Shown here one piece after another: positions 11,250 to 20,239 of a DNA stretch of 64,000 nt; position 1 is the first letter of the stretch; every line of letters starts with the position of its first letter. Source of the stretch: an uncultured Planctomycetales bacterium (GTDB lineage Bacteria; Omnitrophota; Gorgyraeia; Zapsychrales; JBDRMG01); the NCBI GenBank assembly GCA_964478715.1, contig CAYZIY010000001.1, forward strand, positions 73,088 through 137,087. The letters are read 5' to 3'. The position numbers and the translations under genes were made by a program. A model generated the notes under the pieces. The model was not told the origin of the DNA, searched no databases, and worked only from the letters and a program-made list of their open reading frames with translations.

Positions 11250-12232
11250 TGACCGTTCGCTGGACAGCATGGCTTGTTGTCTTTATCTTGGTTTTTCCTT
11301 CGTCGGTTATGGCCGAAAAGATTGCCGGATTTAAAGGCAAGATAGATTTTGAGAAAAAACAGTTTGATCTGCGTCTTGATTTATCTGAAAGAAGTTCTCT
11401 GGCCCTAGAAGGTGGGTTCAATGAGAATGACAGTTACGCACTTAATCTTAAATTGAATCACATCCAGACCAGGAATTTTGATATTTCTACCAATATTCAG
11501 GTCCTGGTGGATTTCTTAATCGATCAACAGACCAATAGCAGAAATCTCCGAGCCCAGATAAGCAGTCAGCATTCTTTGATTAATTACAAGCCGGTGCATG
11601 AGATGAAGGGCTTCGTGGAGTATAAGAGCGGGAGCGTGATGATCCGGAATTTCACCTGGGATCAGATCAAATGTTCAGGATGGATTGAGCTGAAGTCCCC
11701 TTTCTCATTTGATCTTGTTTTTCAGTCGCCGGAAATCGATATTCGTGATCTCGGTTTGATGTTGGGTTGCTCGGGTGATAATCTGAAGCTGGAAGGTCTG
11801 GCAAGCGGAAAAGTTCAACTGGCCGGTTTGCTTAAAGACAAAATTCAGATTACCGGTCGATTGGTTTCGCGCAGTGAAGGTTTTATTGATGAATTGCAGT
11901 ATGATAATTTTTTCATTCAGTTTCAAGGAGATTATCCCAAGCTAAAGATCGTTGATTCAAGAGTAGCCCAGATCGACGGATTAAGTTTTCAGCTCAGCGG
12001 AGAATTTGACCTGCGTGAAGGTTGTGAAATAACTAAAGGACTGACTCATCTGCGCACATCTCCCTTAATCGATCAGGATGATCTTGAGCAGGCCTGGACG
12101 ATTAAGCAGAATCAGGCTGACGGCCGTTCACGGAAAACAGAATTCAAACACCGCTTGAGGCTGCCCGCGCAAGATGACGTATTAGGTGAAAGAGAAGGTA
12201 TTCTCGGAGTTGAGCATAAAATTGAATTTTAA
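11249..12232 (+). CDS. Exported beta-rich hypothetical protein (AsmA/TamB-like?)
   Basis: Signal peptide, alternating hydrophobic beta pattern and a C-terminal Phe (GVEHKIEF). Coupled to clpC by a TAATG overlap. Confidence 0.7.
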   Translation: MTVRWTAWLVVFILVFPSSVMAEKIAGFKGKIDFEKKQFDLRLDLSERSSLALEGGFNENDSYALNLKLNHIQTRNFDISTNIQVLVDFLIDQQTNSRNLRAQISSQHSLINYKPVHEMKGFVEYKSGSVMIRNFTWDQIKCSGWIELKSPFSFDLVFQSPEIDIRDLGLMLGCSGDNLKLEGLASGKVQLAGLLKDKIQITGRLVSRSEGFIDELQYDNFFIQFQGDYPKLKIVDSRVAQIDGLSFQLSGEFDLREGCEITKGLTHLRTSPLIDQDDLEQAWTIKQNQADGRSRKTEFKHRLRLPAQDDVLGEREGILGVEHKIEF

Positions 12233-12247
12233 AATCCTGAAACGTTC

Positions 12248-13615
12248 ATGGTAAAGACAAAAACCTTTTATATCTGTCAGAGTTGCGGGGTCCAAACACC
12301 GGCATGGTACGGACGCTGTCCTAGTTGTGAAAATTGGAATACGCTTGTTGAGGAAGTGCCGGTGGATTCCTCTTTGAGCAAAAGAAGTGATTTCGGCTCG
12401 CGGGGAAAACCCGTTTTGCTTCAAGACGTGTCTCTTGACAGCCAGATTCGTTTTCAGACAACCTTAAAGGAACTCGATCGAGTCTATGGAGGCGGCATTG
12501 TGCCCGGTTCGGTAACTTTAATCGGAGGGGATCCGGGAATCGGAAAATCAACCCTGTCTTTACAAATGGCTTCGCTTTTAAGTGCGCAGGAAATGAAGAT
12601 TCTATATGTCAGCGCTGAAGAGTCTGTTGAGCAGACAAAAATGCGCGCTGATCGTCTTTGCGCGGGAAACAACAAGAGTCTTTATCTAGTTAGTCAGATT
12701 AACTTGGAAACAATTTTGAATCATATCAAGCAGATTAAGCCTAGCGTTGTCATTGTTGATTCGATTCAGGTGATATATCATCCGGATGTAGGATCTAGTT
12801 CGGGCAGCGTGAGCCAAGTCAGGGAATGCGCCAGCATCCTCACCCAGTTTGCCAAAAGCCATCAAGTTGCCGTTTTGATCATCGGTCACGTCACCAAGGA
12901 AGGCGCTATTGCCGGTCCGAGAATTTTGGAGCATGTTGTTGATACGGTCTTGTATTTTGAGGGAGAGCGTTATTCTACCTACCGGATTCTAAGGGCCATT
13001 AAAAATCGTTTTGGGTCTACTAATGAGATCGGGGTTTTTGAGATGACGGCCGAAGGATTAAAAGAAGTGCATAATCCCTCACAGATGTTTTTATCCGAGC
13101 GGTCCCAGGAAACATCGGGTTCTGTTGTTGTCCCTATCATTGAAGGGACACGACCTTTTCTTGTTGAAATCCAGGGTTTGGTGGCGCGGGCCAGTTTTGG
13201 TGTTGTGCGTCAAAAAGCCCAGGGCTTTGAGGCTAATCGCCTGGCTTTGCTAGCAGCAGTTTTGGAAAAGAAAGTGGGATTGAATTTGCGGGATAAGGAT
13301 ATTTTTCTGAATGTAGCCGGCGGCGTTAGGGTTATTGATCCGGCGGCTGATTTAGGTGTTATTGTGGCTGTAGCTTCGGCGCTTTTAGATAAACCTGTTG
13401 ACAGTCAAACCGTTTTTCTTGGGGAAGTGGGCCTTTCCTCGGAAGTGAGAAGCGTTAGTCAAATTGAGACTCGTCTTAATGAAGCCGACAAGCTCGGATT
13501 CCATCGGTGCGTGATTCCAAGAAACAATTGTAAAAATAAGAATATTAAGAAGAGCAAGATTTCTCTTATTCCAGTCGAGACGGTCAAACAGGCTCTGGAT
13601 TGTTTGGCACCATAA
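12248..13615 (+). CDS. radA: DNA repair protein RadA/Sms
   Basis: C4 zinc finger, GGDPGIGKST, KNRFG motif and Lon-like C-terminus. Confidence 0.97.
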   Translation: MVKTKTFYICQSCGVQTPAWYGRCPSCENWNTLVEEVPVDSSLSKRSDFGSRGKPVLLQDVSLDSQIRFQTTLKELDRVYGGGIVPGSVTLIGGDPGIGKSTLSLQMASLLSAQEMKILYVSAEESVEQTKMRADRLCAGNNKSLYLVSQINLETILNHIKQIKPSVVIVDSIQVIYHPDVGSSSGSVSQVRECASILTQFAKSHQVAVLIIGHVTKEGAIAGPRILEHVVDTVLYFEGERYSTYRILRAIKNRFGSTNEIGVFEMTAEGLKEVHNPSQMFLSERSQETSGSVVVPIIEGTRPFLVEIQGLVARASFGVVRQKAQGFEANRLALLAAVLEKKVGLNLRDKDIFLNVAGGVRVIDPAADLGVIVAVASALLDKPVDSQTVFLGEVGLSSEVRSVSQIETRLNEADKLGFHRCVIPRNNCKNKNIKKSKISLIPVETVKQALDCLAP

Positions 13616-13634
13616 TTTTTTAAGGAGGTTTGTC

Positions 13635-14621
13635 ATGACCATTATTTTTGTCCGCGTTTTTTTTCTTATTATCAGCGGTGTAGTCGGCTATCAAATCGGA
13701 CTAATCCAGCAGGCTCCCGTGATGGGCGCTGCCTTGGGATGCGTAGCCGGTATGATGTTGATTATTCTTGAGGCGACCATGCGCCGAGTTTCCGTTCGAG
13801 GGTTATCCAGTATGGTTTTTGGTTTGATCCTCGGTATGATTATGGCCAAGTTGATTACTGATATCCTGTCTCTTTTGCCTCTGGGAGATGTGATTCACTC
13901 TATCTTAAAAGTTGTCTTGACTTTGATTTTTTCTTATTTGGGGGCGATTATGGCCATGAGGGGAAAGGATGAGTTCAGTATCATCATTCCCTATGTCCGG
14001 TTTCGCAGACAGGATGCCCAGCAAAATGTGGTTTTACTTGATACAAGCGCTATCATTGACGGACGTGTGGCAGATGTTTATAAAACAAAATTTCTTGAAG
14101 CCCGTATTGTTGTTCCGCGTTTTGTTTTGCAGGAGCTCCAGCATATTGCCGATAGCGAAGATTCCTTAAAACGTCAGAGGGGACGACGTGGAATGGAAAT
14201 ATTGCGTTCGATGCAGAAAGATCCTGCGATAGATATTCGCATTCATGAAGATGAACTTCCTGGGCGAGAAGAAGTGGACACCAAATTGATACGGCTGGCC
14301 AAAATGCTTGACGCCAAGATATGCACAACGGACTTTAACTTGAATCGAGTGGCTTCTATTCAGGGTATCCAGGTTCTTAATGTCAATGAGTTGGCCAATG
14401 CGGTTAAATCTATTGTCTTTCCGGGAGAAACGTTTGATATCAAGATGATCAAGGAGGGTCGGGAGCAAAATCAGGCTGTCGGTTATCTGGATGACGGGAC
14501 TATGGTTGTGGTGGGAGAAGCCCGGTATAAGATCGGCCAGAAAATAAAAGTGGAAGTCACCTCTGTATTGCAAACTCAGGCAGGGAAAATGATTTTTGCC
14601 AAAATCAACGGCAAACGATGA
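13635..14621 (+). CDS. Membrane PIN/TRAM domain protein (YacL-like)
   Basis: N-terminal TM helices, LDTSAIIDGR PIN motif, TTDFNLN and TRAM domain GYLDDGTMVVV. Confidence 0.92.
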   Translation: MTIIFVRVFFLIISGVVGYQIGLIQQAPVMGAALGCVAGMMLIILEATMRRVSVRGLSSMVFGLILGMIMAKLITDILSLLPLGDVIHSILKVVLTLIFSYLGAIMAMRGKDEFSIIIPYVRFRRQDAQQNVVLLDTSAIIDGRVADVYKTKFLEARIVVPRFVLQELQHIADSEDSLKRQRGRRGMEILRSMQKDPAIDIRIHEDELPGREEVDTKLIRLAKMLDAKICTTDFNLNRVASIQGIQVLNVNELANAVKSIVFPGETFDIKMIKEGREQNQAVGYLDDGTMVVVGEARYKIGQKIKVEVTSVLQTQAGKMIFAKINGKR

Positions 14622-15310
14622 AGATTCAGGCTATTATTGCGGCGGCGGGAAACGGAGAACGTTTAGGGCAGAATATTCCCAAGGCTCTGGTTAGGCTCAA
14701 CGGCAAAGCCCTTCTGATTTATTCTTTGAAGATATTTGTGTCTCATCAGCGTATCAGTAGTGTGATTGTCGCTGCGCACTCTGATTATCTTAAAGCATTC
14801 GAGACGCTCATAAAATGCGAAGATCATCAAAGGGATATACGCCTGATCTCAGGCGGAGCAACACGCCAGGAGTCCGTCTCTCGGGGATTGGGTCATGTCG
14901 ATTCGGATGCAGAGCTTGTTCTTGTTCATGATGCCGCCAGACCATTAATTAGTGCCGTTTTAGTTGATCGGGTGATTGAAGCTAGTATCAGTCATCGGGC
15001 GGCTGTTGCTGCTGTGCCTCTTACCTCGACTGTCAAGCAGGGTGATTTTAGCGGAAACTGGGTCAAACAGACACATGACCGTAGTCGATTATGGTCAGCT
15101 CAGACGCCGCAGGGTTTCACTCAGGAAATAATTAAAAAGGCGCATCAGCAGGCCAGGGGACAGGATGCCAGTGATGATGCCTACTTGGTTGAGCAGATGT
15201 CTGCGCCAGTGAGAATTGTCTACGGAGAAGAAACCAATATTAAGATCACTACGAAATGGGATCTTTTTGTCGCTGAACAGATACTAAACAGGATGATCTA
15301 TGATCAATAA
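14618..15310 (+). CDS. ispD: MEP cytidylyltransferase
   Basis: AAGNGERLG, GGATRQESV, VLVHDAARP, AQTPQGF and NIKITT motifs. Confidence 0.95.
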   Translation: MKIQAIIAAAGNGERLGQNIPKALVRLNGKALLIYSLKIFVSHQRISSVIVAAHSDYLKAFETLIKCEDHQRDIRLISGGATRQESVSRGLGHVDSDAELVLVHDAARPLISAVLVDRVIEASISHRAAVAAVPLTSTVKQGDFSGNWVKQTHDRSRLWSAQTPQGFTQEIIKKAHQQARGQDASDDAYLVEQMSAPVRIVYGEETNIKITTKWDLFVAEQILNRMIYDQ

Positions 15311-15791
15311 AGTGGGGATGGGCTATGATATTCACTGTCTCAAGGAGTGTCGCCGGCTGGTTTTGGGCGGTGTGCCGATTCCCTTTGATAAAGGTCTGGA
15401 AGGGCACAGCGATGCAGACGTTTTGATTCATGCTTTGTGTGATGCACTTCTGGGGGCTTTAGGTCAGGGAGATATTGGAGAGCATTTTCCTGATCATGAT
15501 GAAACCTATCGGGATATTAGCAGTTTGAAATTACTTGAGAAAGTCAGGATACTTCTTGATAAACAAGGGTATCGAATTGGTAATATTGACACCATGATTC
15601 TGGCCGAGAAACCAAAATTACAGCCTTATAAAAATCAAATGAAGGCCAATATTGCAAAAACTCTGAACATCGCAGAGCGTTGGATTAATATTAAAGCGAC
15701 AACCCAAGAGGGTGTTGGGTTTGCTTTAAACGGGAAAGAAGCTATTTGTGCCTATGCTATTGTTTCTATGCAAAAAGGGGAGAGGGAATGA
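15300..15791 (+). CDS. ispF: MECDP synthase
   Basis: GMGYDIH, GHSDADVLIHA, GDIGEHFP and IKATT motifs. Confidence 0.95.
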   Translation: MINKVGMGYDIHCLKECRRLVLGGVPIPFDKGLEGHSDADVLIHALCDALLGALGQGDIGEHFPDHDETYRDISSLKLLEKVRILLDKQGYRIGNIDTMILAEKPKLQPYKNQMKANIAKTLNIAERWINIKATTQEGVGFALNGKEAICAYAIVSMQKGERE

Positions 15792-16483
15792 TTATTTGTG
15801 AATTTCTGTTATTTATTCTAGGGATCATTTTGATCACCGTTTTTCTTGTTGCGATCATATTTCGCAAGGAAGTGAAAGCGGCTCAAGAGAGGGATCCGGC
15901 CGCTACGAGTTTTCTTCAGATCGTTTTGCTTTATAGCGGATTTCACACTTTGGTTGCTCATCGAATCGCCCATCGATTATGGACGTGGAACTGTCCTTTT
16001 TTTGCCCGTCTTGTTAGCCAGATTTCTCGTTTTTGCACAGGAATCGAGATCCATCCTGGGGCGCAAATTGGGGATGGGTTTTTCATCGATCATGGGATGG
16101 GGGTTGTCATTGGAGAAACGACGATTATCGGTGATAATGTGACCTTATTTCAAGGGGTGACTTTGGGGGGAACCGGAAAAGAGACTGGAAAAAGGCATCC
16201 GACGCTGGGTAATAATATCGTTGTCGGTGCCGGCGCCAAGGTCCTTGGGAATATTAAAATAGACGATAATTCATATATCGGGGCTAATGCAGTTGTTGTC
16301 AAAGATGTACCGCCCAATTCGACTGTCGTAGGTGTTCCCGGTCGCATTACCCGACAAGACGGAAAAAAGATTGATTCGACCATGGATCACGTTCGTATTC
16401 TGGATCCTCTTAACCAACGCCTGGATGAATTAGAGATAAGAATTGAAGAGCTTGAGAAAAAGAAACCCAGGAAGATAATATAA
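15788..16483 (+). CDS. cysE: Serine O-acetyltransferase with N-terminal hydrophobic extension
   Basis: ERDPAA, GIEIHPGA, IDHGMGVVIGET and KRHPTLG motifs. ATG at 15788 overlaps the ispF stop (ATGA) after a purine-rich SD. Confidence 0.93.
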   Translation: MIICEFLLFILGIILITVFLVAIIFRKEVKAAQERDPAATSFLQIVLLYSGFHTLVAHRIAHRLWTWNCPFFARLVSQISRFCTGIEIHPGAQIGDGFFIDHGMGVVIGETTIIGDNVTLFQGVTLGGTGKETGKRHPTLGNNIVVGAGAKVLGNIKIDDNSYIGANAVVVKDVPPNSTVVGVPGRITRQDGKKIDSTMDHVRILDPLNQRLDELEIRIEELEKKKPRKII

Positions 16484-17883
16484 TGACGCTTTTTATCAAC
16501 AACTCCTTGACAAAAAAGAAAGAGGAATTTATTCCCCGCCAGGATAAGGTTGTCAAAATGTATACATGCGGGGTGACGGTTTACGACCGCTGTCATATCG
16601 GTCACGCCCGCAGTTTGTATATCTTCTCAGTCATCCGCAGATATTTGGAGAAAAAAGGCTATGCGGTTAATTTTGTGCGCAACATAACGGATATTGACGA
16701 TAAGATCATTAACCGGGCTCAGGAACTGAAGAAAGACTGGAAAGATATTGTCAGCGAAAACATTAGATTTTATCGGGAAGATTTTCAGAAATTCGGCTTG
16801 CCGTTTGACGAAGAGGAACCCAGGGCAACGGAAAACATCGACGAGATGATCGCTCATATCCAGGGATTGATTCAGAAAGGATATGCGTATGAATCGAAGG
16901 GAGATGTTTATTTCCGCGTTCGCAATTTTAAGGACTATGGAAAGCTGTCGGGGCAGAGCATTGAGCAGATGCGGGAAGCGGTCCGTATTGAAAAAGACAG
17001 TAAAAAAGAGGATTCCCTGGATTTCGCTCTGTGGAAAAAATCCAGAGAAGGAGAGCCTTACTGGGAGAGCCCTTGGGGTCCTGGACGTCCCGGATGGCAT
17101 ATTGAATGCTCGGTGATGAGTTTGAAATATCTTAATTGTGAAACCCTCGATATTCACGCCGGAGGACGAGATCTGATCTTTCCGCATCATGAAAACGAGA
17201 TTGCGCAGGCCGAGGCCTTAACCGGTAATCCCTTCGCCTGTTTCTGGATCCATCACGGTCTTTTAACGATCAACGGTCAAAAGATGGCTAAATCTTTGGG
17301 AAATTTTATAACGATTCGGCAAGCACTTGAAACCTATCGGGTGGATGATCTCAAGCTCTTTTTCCTGATGAGTCATTATGCAAGTCCTGTTGATTTTTCC
17401 AAAGAAAAAATATATGAAATACACAAGGCTTGGGAGAAATTTCAGATGTTCTTTCATGAAGCCCGTCGGATCAACCAGCCTTTTACGGAATTGAGGGAAT
17501 CTCTAAAGGATTTGATCAAAGTTCAGCAGGAGAAATTCAACCAGGCTATGGATGATGATTTCAATACGCCTCGGGCTTTAGGCTCTCTTTTTGAGTGGAT
17601 GAATGAGGTTCATAAAAGGAAAACCGAAGAAGGGGGAGAGGGATTATTGATTGAGAGCTCTGCCCTCATTGAAAATATCTTAAAGGATCTTTTTTATTTG
17701 TCCCTTAAAGATGATGAATTGGATGAAAAGAAAAAACAAAAAATCGAGAATCTGATGCATATTAGAAAACAAGCTCGCCAGAGGAAAGACTATCAGGAAG
17801 CAGACCGGATCCGCGATCAACTCAGCGAAATGGGTATTGTCGTTGAAGACACCAAAGACGGGCAAATCTGGAGAGTTACATGA
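16483..17883 (+). CDS. cysS: Cysteine--tRNA ligase
   Basis: CGVTVYD, HIGH, GRPGWHIECS and KMAKS motifs. Confidence 0.97.
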   Translation: MTLFINNSLTKKKEEFIPRQDKVVKMYTCGVTVYDRCHIGHARSLYIFSVIRRYLEKKGYAVNFVRNITDIDDKIINRAQELKKDWKDIVSENIRFYREDFQKFGLPFDEEEPRATENIDEMIAHIQGLIQKGYAYESKGDVYFRVRNFKDYGKLSGQSIEQMREAVRIEKDSKKEDSLDFALWKKSREGEPYWESPWGPGRPGWHIECSVMSLKYLNCETLDIHAGGRDLIFPHHENEIAQAEALTGNPFACFWIHHGLLTINGQKMAKSLGNFITIRQALETYRVDDLKLFFLMSHYASPVDFSKEKIYEIHKAWEKFQMFFHEARRINQPFTELRESLKDLIKVQQEKFNQAMDDDFNTPRALGSLFEWMNEVHKRKTEEGGEGLLIESSALIENILKDLFYLSLKDDELDEKKKQKIENLMHIRKQARQRKDYQEADRIRDQLSEMGIVVEDTKDGQIWRVT

Positions 17884-18494
17884 GAGGATATTTCATTACT
17901 TTTGAAGGAGCCGAGGGGTCCGGAAAAAGCACGCAGGCGAAAATGCTCTATCAACATTTGTCTAAGAGAAAGAGGATGGTTTGTCTTTTGCGGGAACCGG
18001 GTGGTGTTGCCGTTAGCGAGAAAATTAGAAAAATTTTACTAGATGTTAAAAACAAAGAGATGAGCGCTATCTGCGAGATGCTTCTTTATATGGCATCGCG
18101 CGCCCAGTTGGTGGAAGAAAAGATTATTCCCGCATTGAAAAAGGGACATATTGTTATCAGCGATCGGTTTTTGGATTCGACATTGGCCTATCAAGGCTAT
18201 GGGTTCGGGATAGATCTCAAAATGATCCGCAAGATCGGTTGGTTCGCTACCCAGAAAATTCAACCTGATTTGACACTAGTTTTTGATTTATCGGTTGAGC
18301 GGGGCTTGTCCCGGATCAAAAAGACAAAAGACCGGATCGAAAAAAGACCTCTCTCCTATCATCAGCGGGTTCATGGGGGTTATTTAACAATAGCGCGCAG
18401 AGAGCCCAAAAGAGTAAAGATCATAAGGGCCAATCAGGGCAAAGAGAAAATTCAGAAAATTGTCAGGAATTATGTGGAGAAAATGATCCAATGA
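17880..18494 (+). CDS. tmk: Thymidylate kinase
   Basis: FITFEGAEGSGKST, REPGG and SDRF..STLAYQG motifs. Confidence 0.95.
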   Translation: MRGYFITFEGAEGSGKSTQAKMLYQHLSKRKRMVCLLREPGGVAVSEKIRKILLDVKNKEMSAICEMLLYMASRAQLVEEKIIPALKKGHIVISDRFLDSTLAYQGYGFGIDLKMIRKIGWFATQKIQPDLTLVFDLSVERGLSRIKKTKDRIEKRPLSYHQRVHGGYLTIARREPKRVKIIRANQGKEKIQKIVRNYVEKMIQ

Positions 18495-19459
18495 CAAGTG
18501 AGCCGGCTGCTTTCTTTCACTCCGATATCTTGAAGCGTTTTACGCAAATGCGCGTGTGTAAAAAAATGGCTCATGCCTATCTTTTTTCCGGTCCTACTGC
18601 AGTCGGGAAATCCGAAACAGGCCTGGCGATTGCCCAGCTGATTCACTGTACTCAGGTCAAGGACGAACAGCCCTGTCAAATTTGTGCAAATTGTCAACGA
18701 ATCCTTAACGACAATCATCCCGATGTTCATGTGTTAAAAAGTCAGCCGGGAGAAAACATCAAAATCGAACAAATCAGAACAATGATCAAGCAAATGCAAA
18801 CATCTGCTTATGAAGCGAATGAGAAATTTTTCTTATTGCAAAATGCTGAGAATTTAACCGAAGAAGCCGCTAATGCCCTTTTGAAGTCACTTGAAGAGCC
18901 GTCGATAGGGTCTTTAATGATTTTGACGACGGCTCATATCGAAATGGTAACCGAGACTATCGTTTCGCGTTGTCATGTCATCAAGTTTGTTCCTTGCGGC
19001 TATAGAGACATGGAGCAATATCTGGTCCATCATGACCGCTTGCCGTCTGATGAGAGTCATTTTCTTACACGATTCGCCGAAGGATGCCTGCGGGAAGCCC
19101 GCCAACATCATCGGGATGGACTTTTTTCAAAGAAAAACCGGATGCTCGATCAGTTTATTTTTGAGTCTTCTTTGGAGAATTTTGAGAAAGAGTGGCTGTC
19201 GAAAAAAGATGACCGCCATATTATTCTTTTACTGACTCTTCTTATCAGTTGGTTTCGTGATCTATTGTTTGTCAAAAATCAGATTCCCTCCGGCGATCTG
19301 ATTCATCAAGACCGGATCAGAGATTTGGAATCGTTGAGTAAGGAATACTCAACGGAAAAGATTAGGGCTGTCATTGATGATATTATAGAGGCTCTCAAGA
19401 TGGCTCGGGATCGTTTTAATATGAAAACAGCCTTAGCGGTGTTGAAGGAGAGATTATGA
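18491..19459 (+). CDS. holB: DNA polymerase III subunit delta'
   Basis: HAYLFSGP, zinc Cys cluster, HPDV, AANALLKSLEEP and SRC motifs. Confidence 0.93.
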   Translation: MTSEPAAFFHSDILKRFTQMRVCKKMAHAYLFSGPTAVGKSETGLAIAQLIHCTQVKDEQPCQICANCQRILNDNHPDVHVLKSQPGENIKIEQIRTMIKQMQTSAYEANEKFFLLQNAENLTEEAANALLKSLEEPSIGSLMILTTAHIEMVTETIVSRCHVIKFVPCGYRDMEQYLVHHDRLPSDESHFLTRFAEGCLREARQHHRDGLFSKKNRMLDQFIFESSLENFEKEWLSKKDDRHIILLLTLLISWFRDLLFVKNQIPSGDLIHQDRIRDLESLSKEYSTEKIRAVIDDIIEALKMARDRFNMKTALAVLKERL

Positions 19460-20235
19460 AGCAGTGTGTTCAGGTAAAAATAGGCGAATTCGGAGGTGTG
19501 GGATATTTTGAAGTGGATCAGTTTCCCTGCAAGCGCGATGATTGGGTGATTCTCCAGGCGGATAGAAATAAAGAATACGGATGGGTTATTTCCGATCATG
19601 CCAAAGAAGTGCCGGATGATGAACAATTTCAAGGGAAGGTTTTGCGGGTGGCTCACGAAGGAGACCTCAAACAGATCGCCCAGAATCAGATCAAGGCCAA
19701 AGAGGCCGTTAAGACTTGTCTGCAGCGGATAAAAGAAAGAAAACTCGAAATGAACATTATCAAATCCGAATACACGTTTGATGTGTCTAAAATCATCTTT
19801 CTTTTTTCAGCCGAAGGGCGCGTTGATTTCCGGGCTCTGGTGAAAGATCTGGCCAAAATTTACAAAGTGAGAATTGAATTGCGCCAGATCGGTGTTCGCG
19901 ATAAAGCCAAGATCGTCGGCGGTTATGGAATTTGCGGTCGCGAACAGTGTTGCGCATCCTACATGAAGGGATTTCACGCTCTCTCGATCAAAATGGCCAA
20001 GGAGCAGAATTTACCTCTTAATCCGTCTAAAATCGGAGGGATTTGCGGGCGCATCAAATGTTGCATGGCCTATGAATTTGCGGTTTACAAAGAATGTTCC
20101 CGTAATCTTCCTCGAATCGGAGAAAAGATTACTACACCCGATGGGAGGGGGCGTGTGATTGATGTGGATGTCCTTAAAAAGAAAGTGTCTGTCGATTTGG
20201 GAGAAGGAAAATCGACCAAGGTAATTTATAATTAA
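19456..20235 (+). CDS. ricT: PSP1/RicT (YaaT) family protein
   Basis: GRVDFRALVKDLA, RIELRQIGVRD, CGREQCC and GICGRIKCC motifs; follows holB as in Bacillus. Confidence 0.9.
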   Translation: MKQCVQVKIGEFGGVGYFEVDQFPCKRDDWVILQADRNKEYGWVISDHAKEVPDDEQFQGKVLRVAHEGDLKQIAQNQIKAKEAVKTCLQRIKERKLEMNIIKSEYTFDVSKIIFLFSAEGRVDFRALVKDLAKIYKVRIELRQIGVRDKAKIVGGYGICGREQCCASYMKGFHALSIKMAKEQNLPLNPSKIGGICGRIKCCMAYEFAVYKECSRNLPRIGEKITTPDGRGRVIDVDVLKKKVSVDLGEGKSTKVIYN

Positions 20236-20239
20236 AGTC

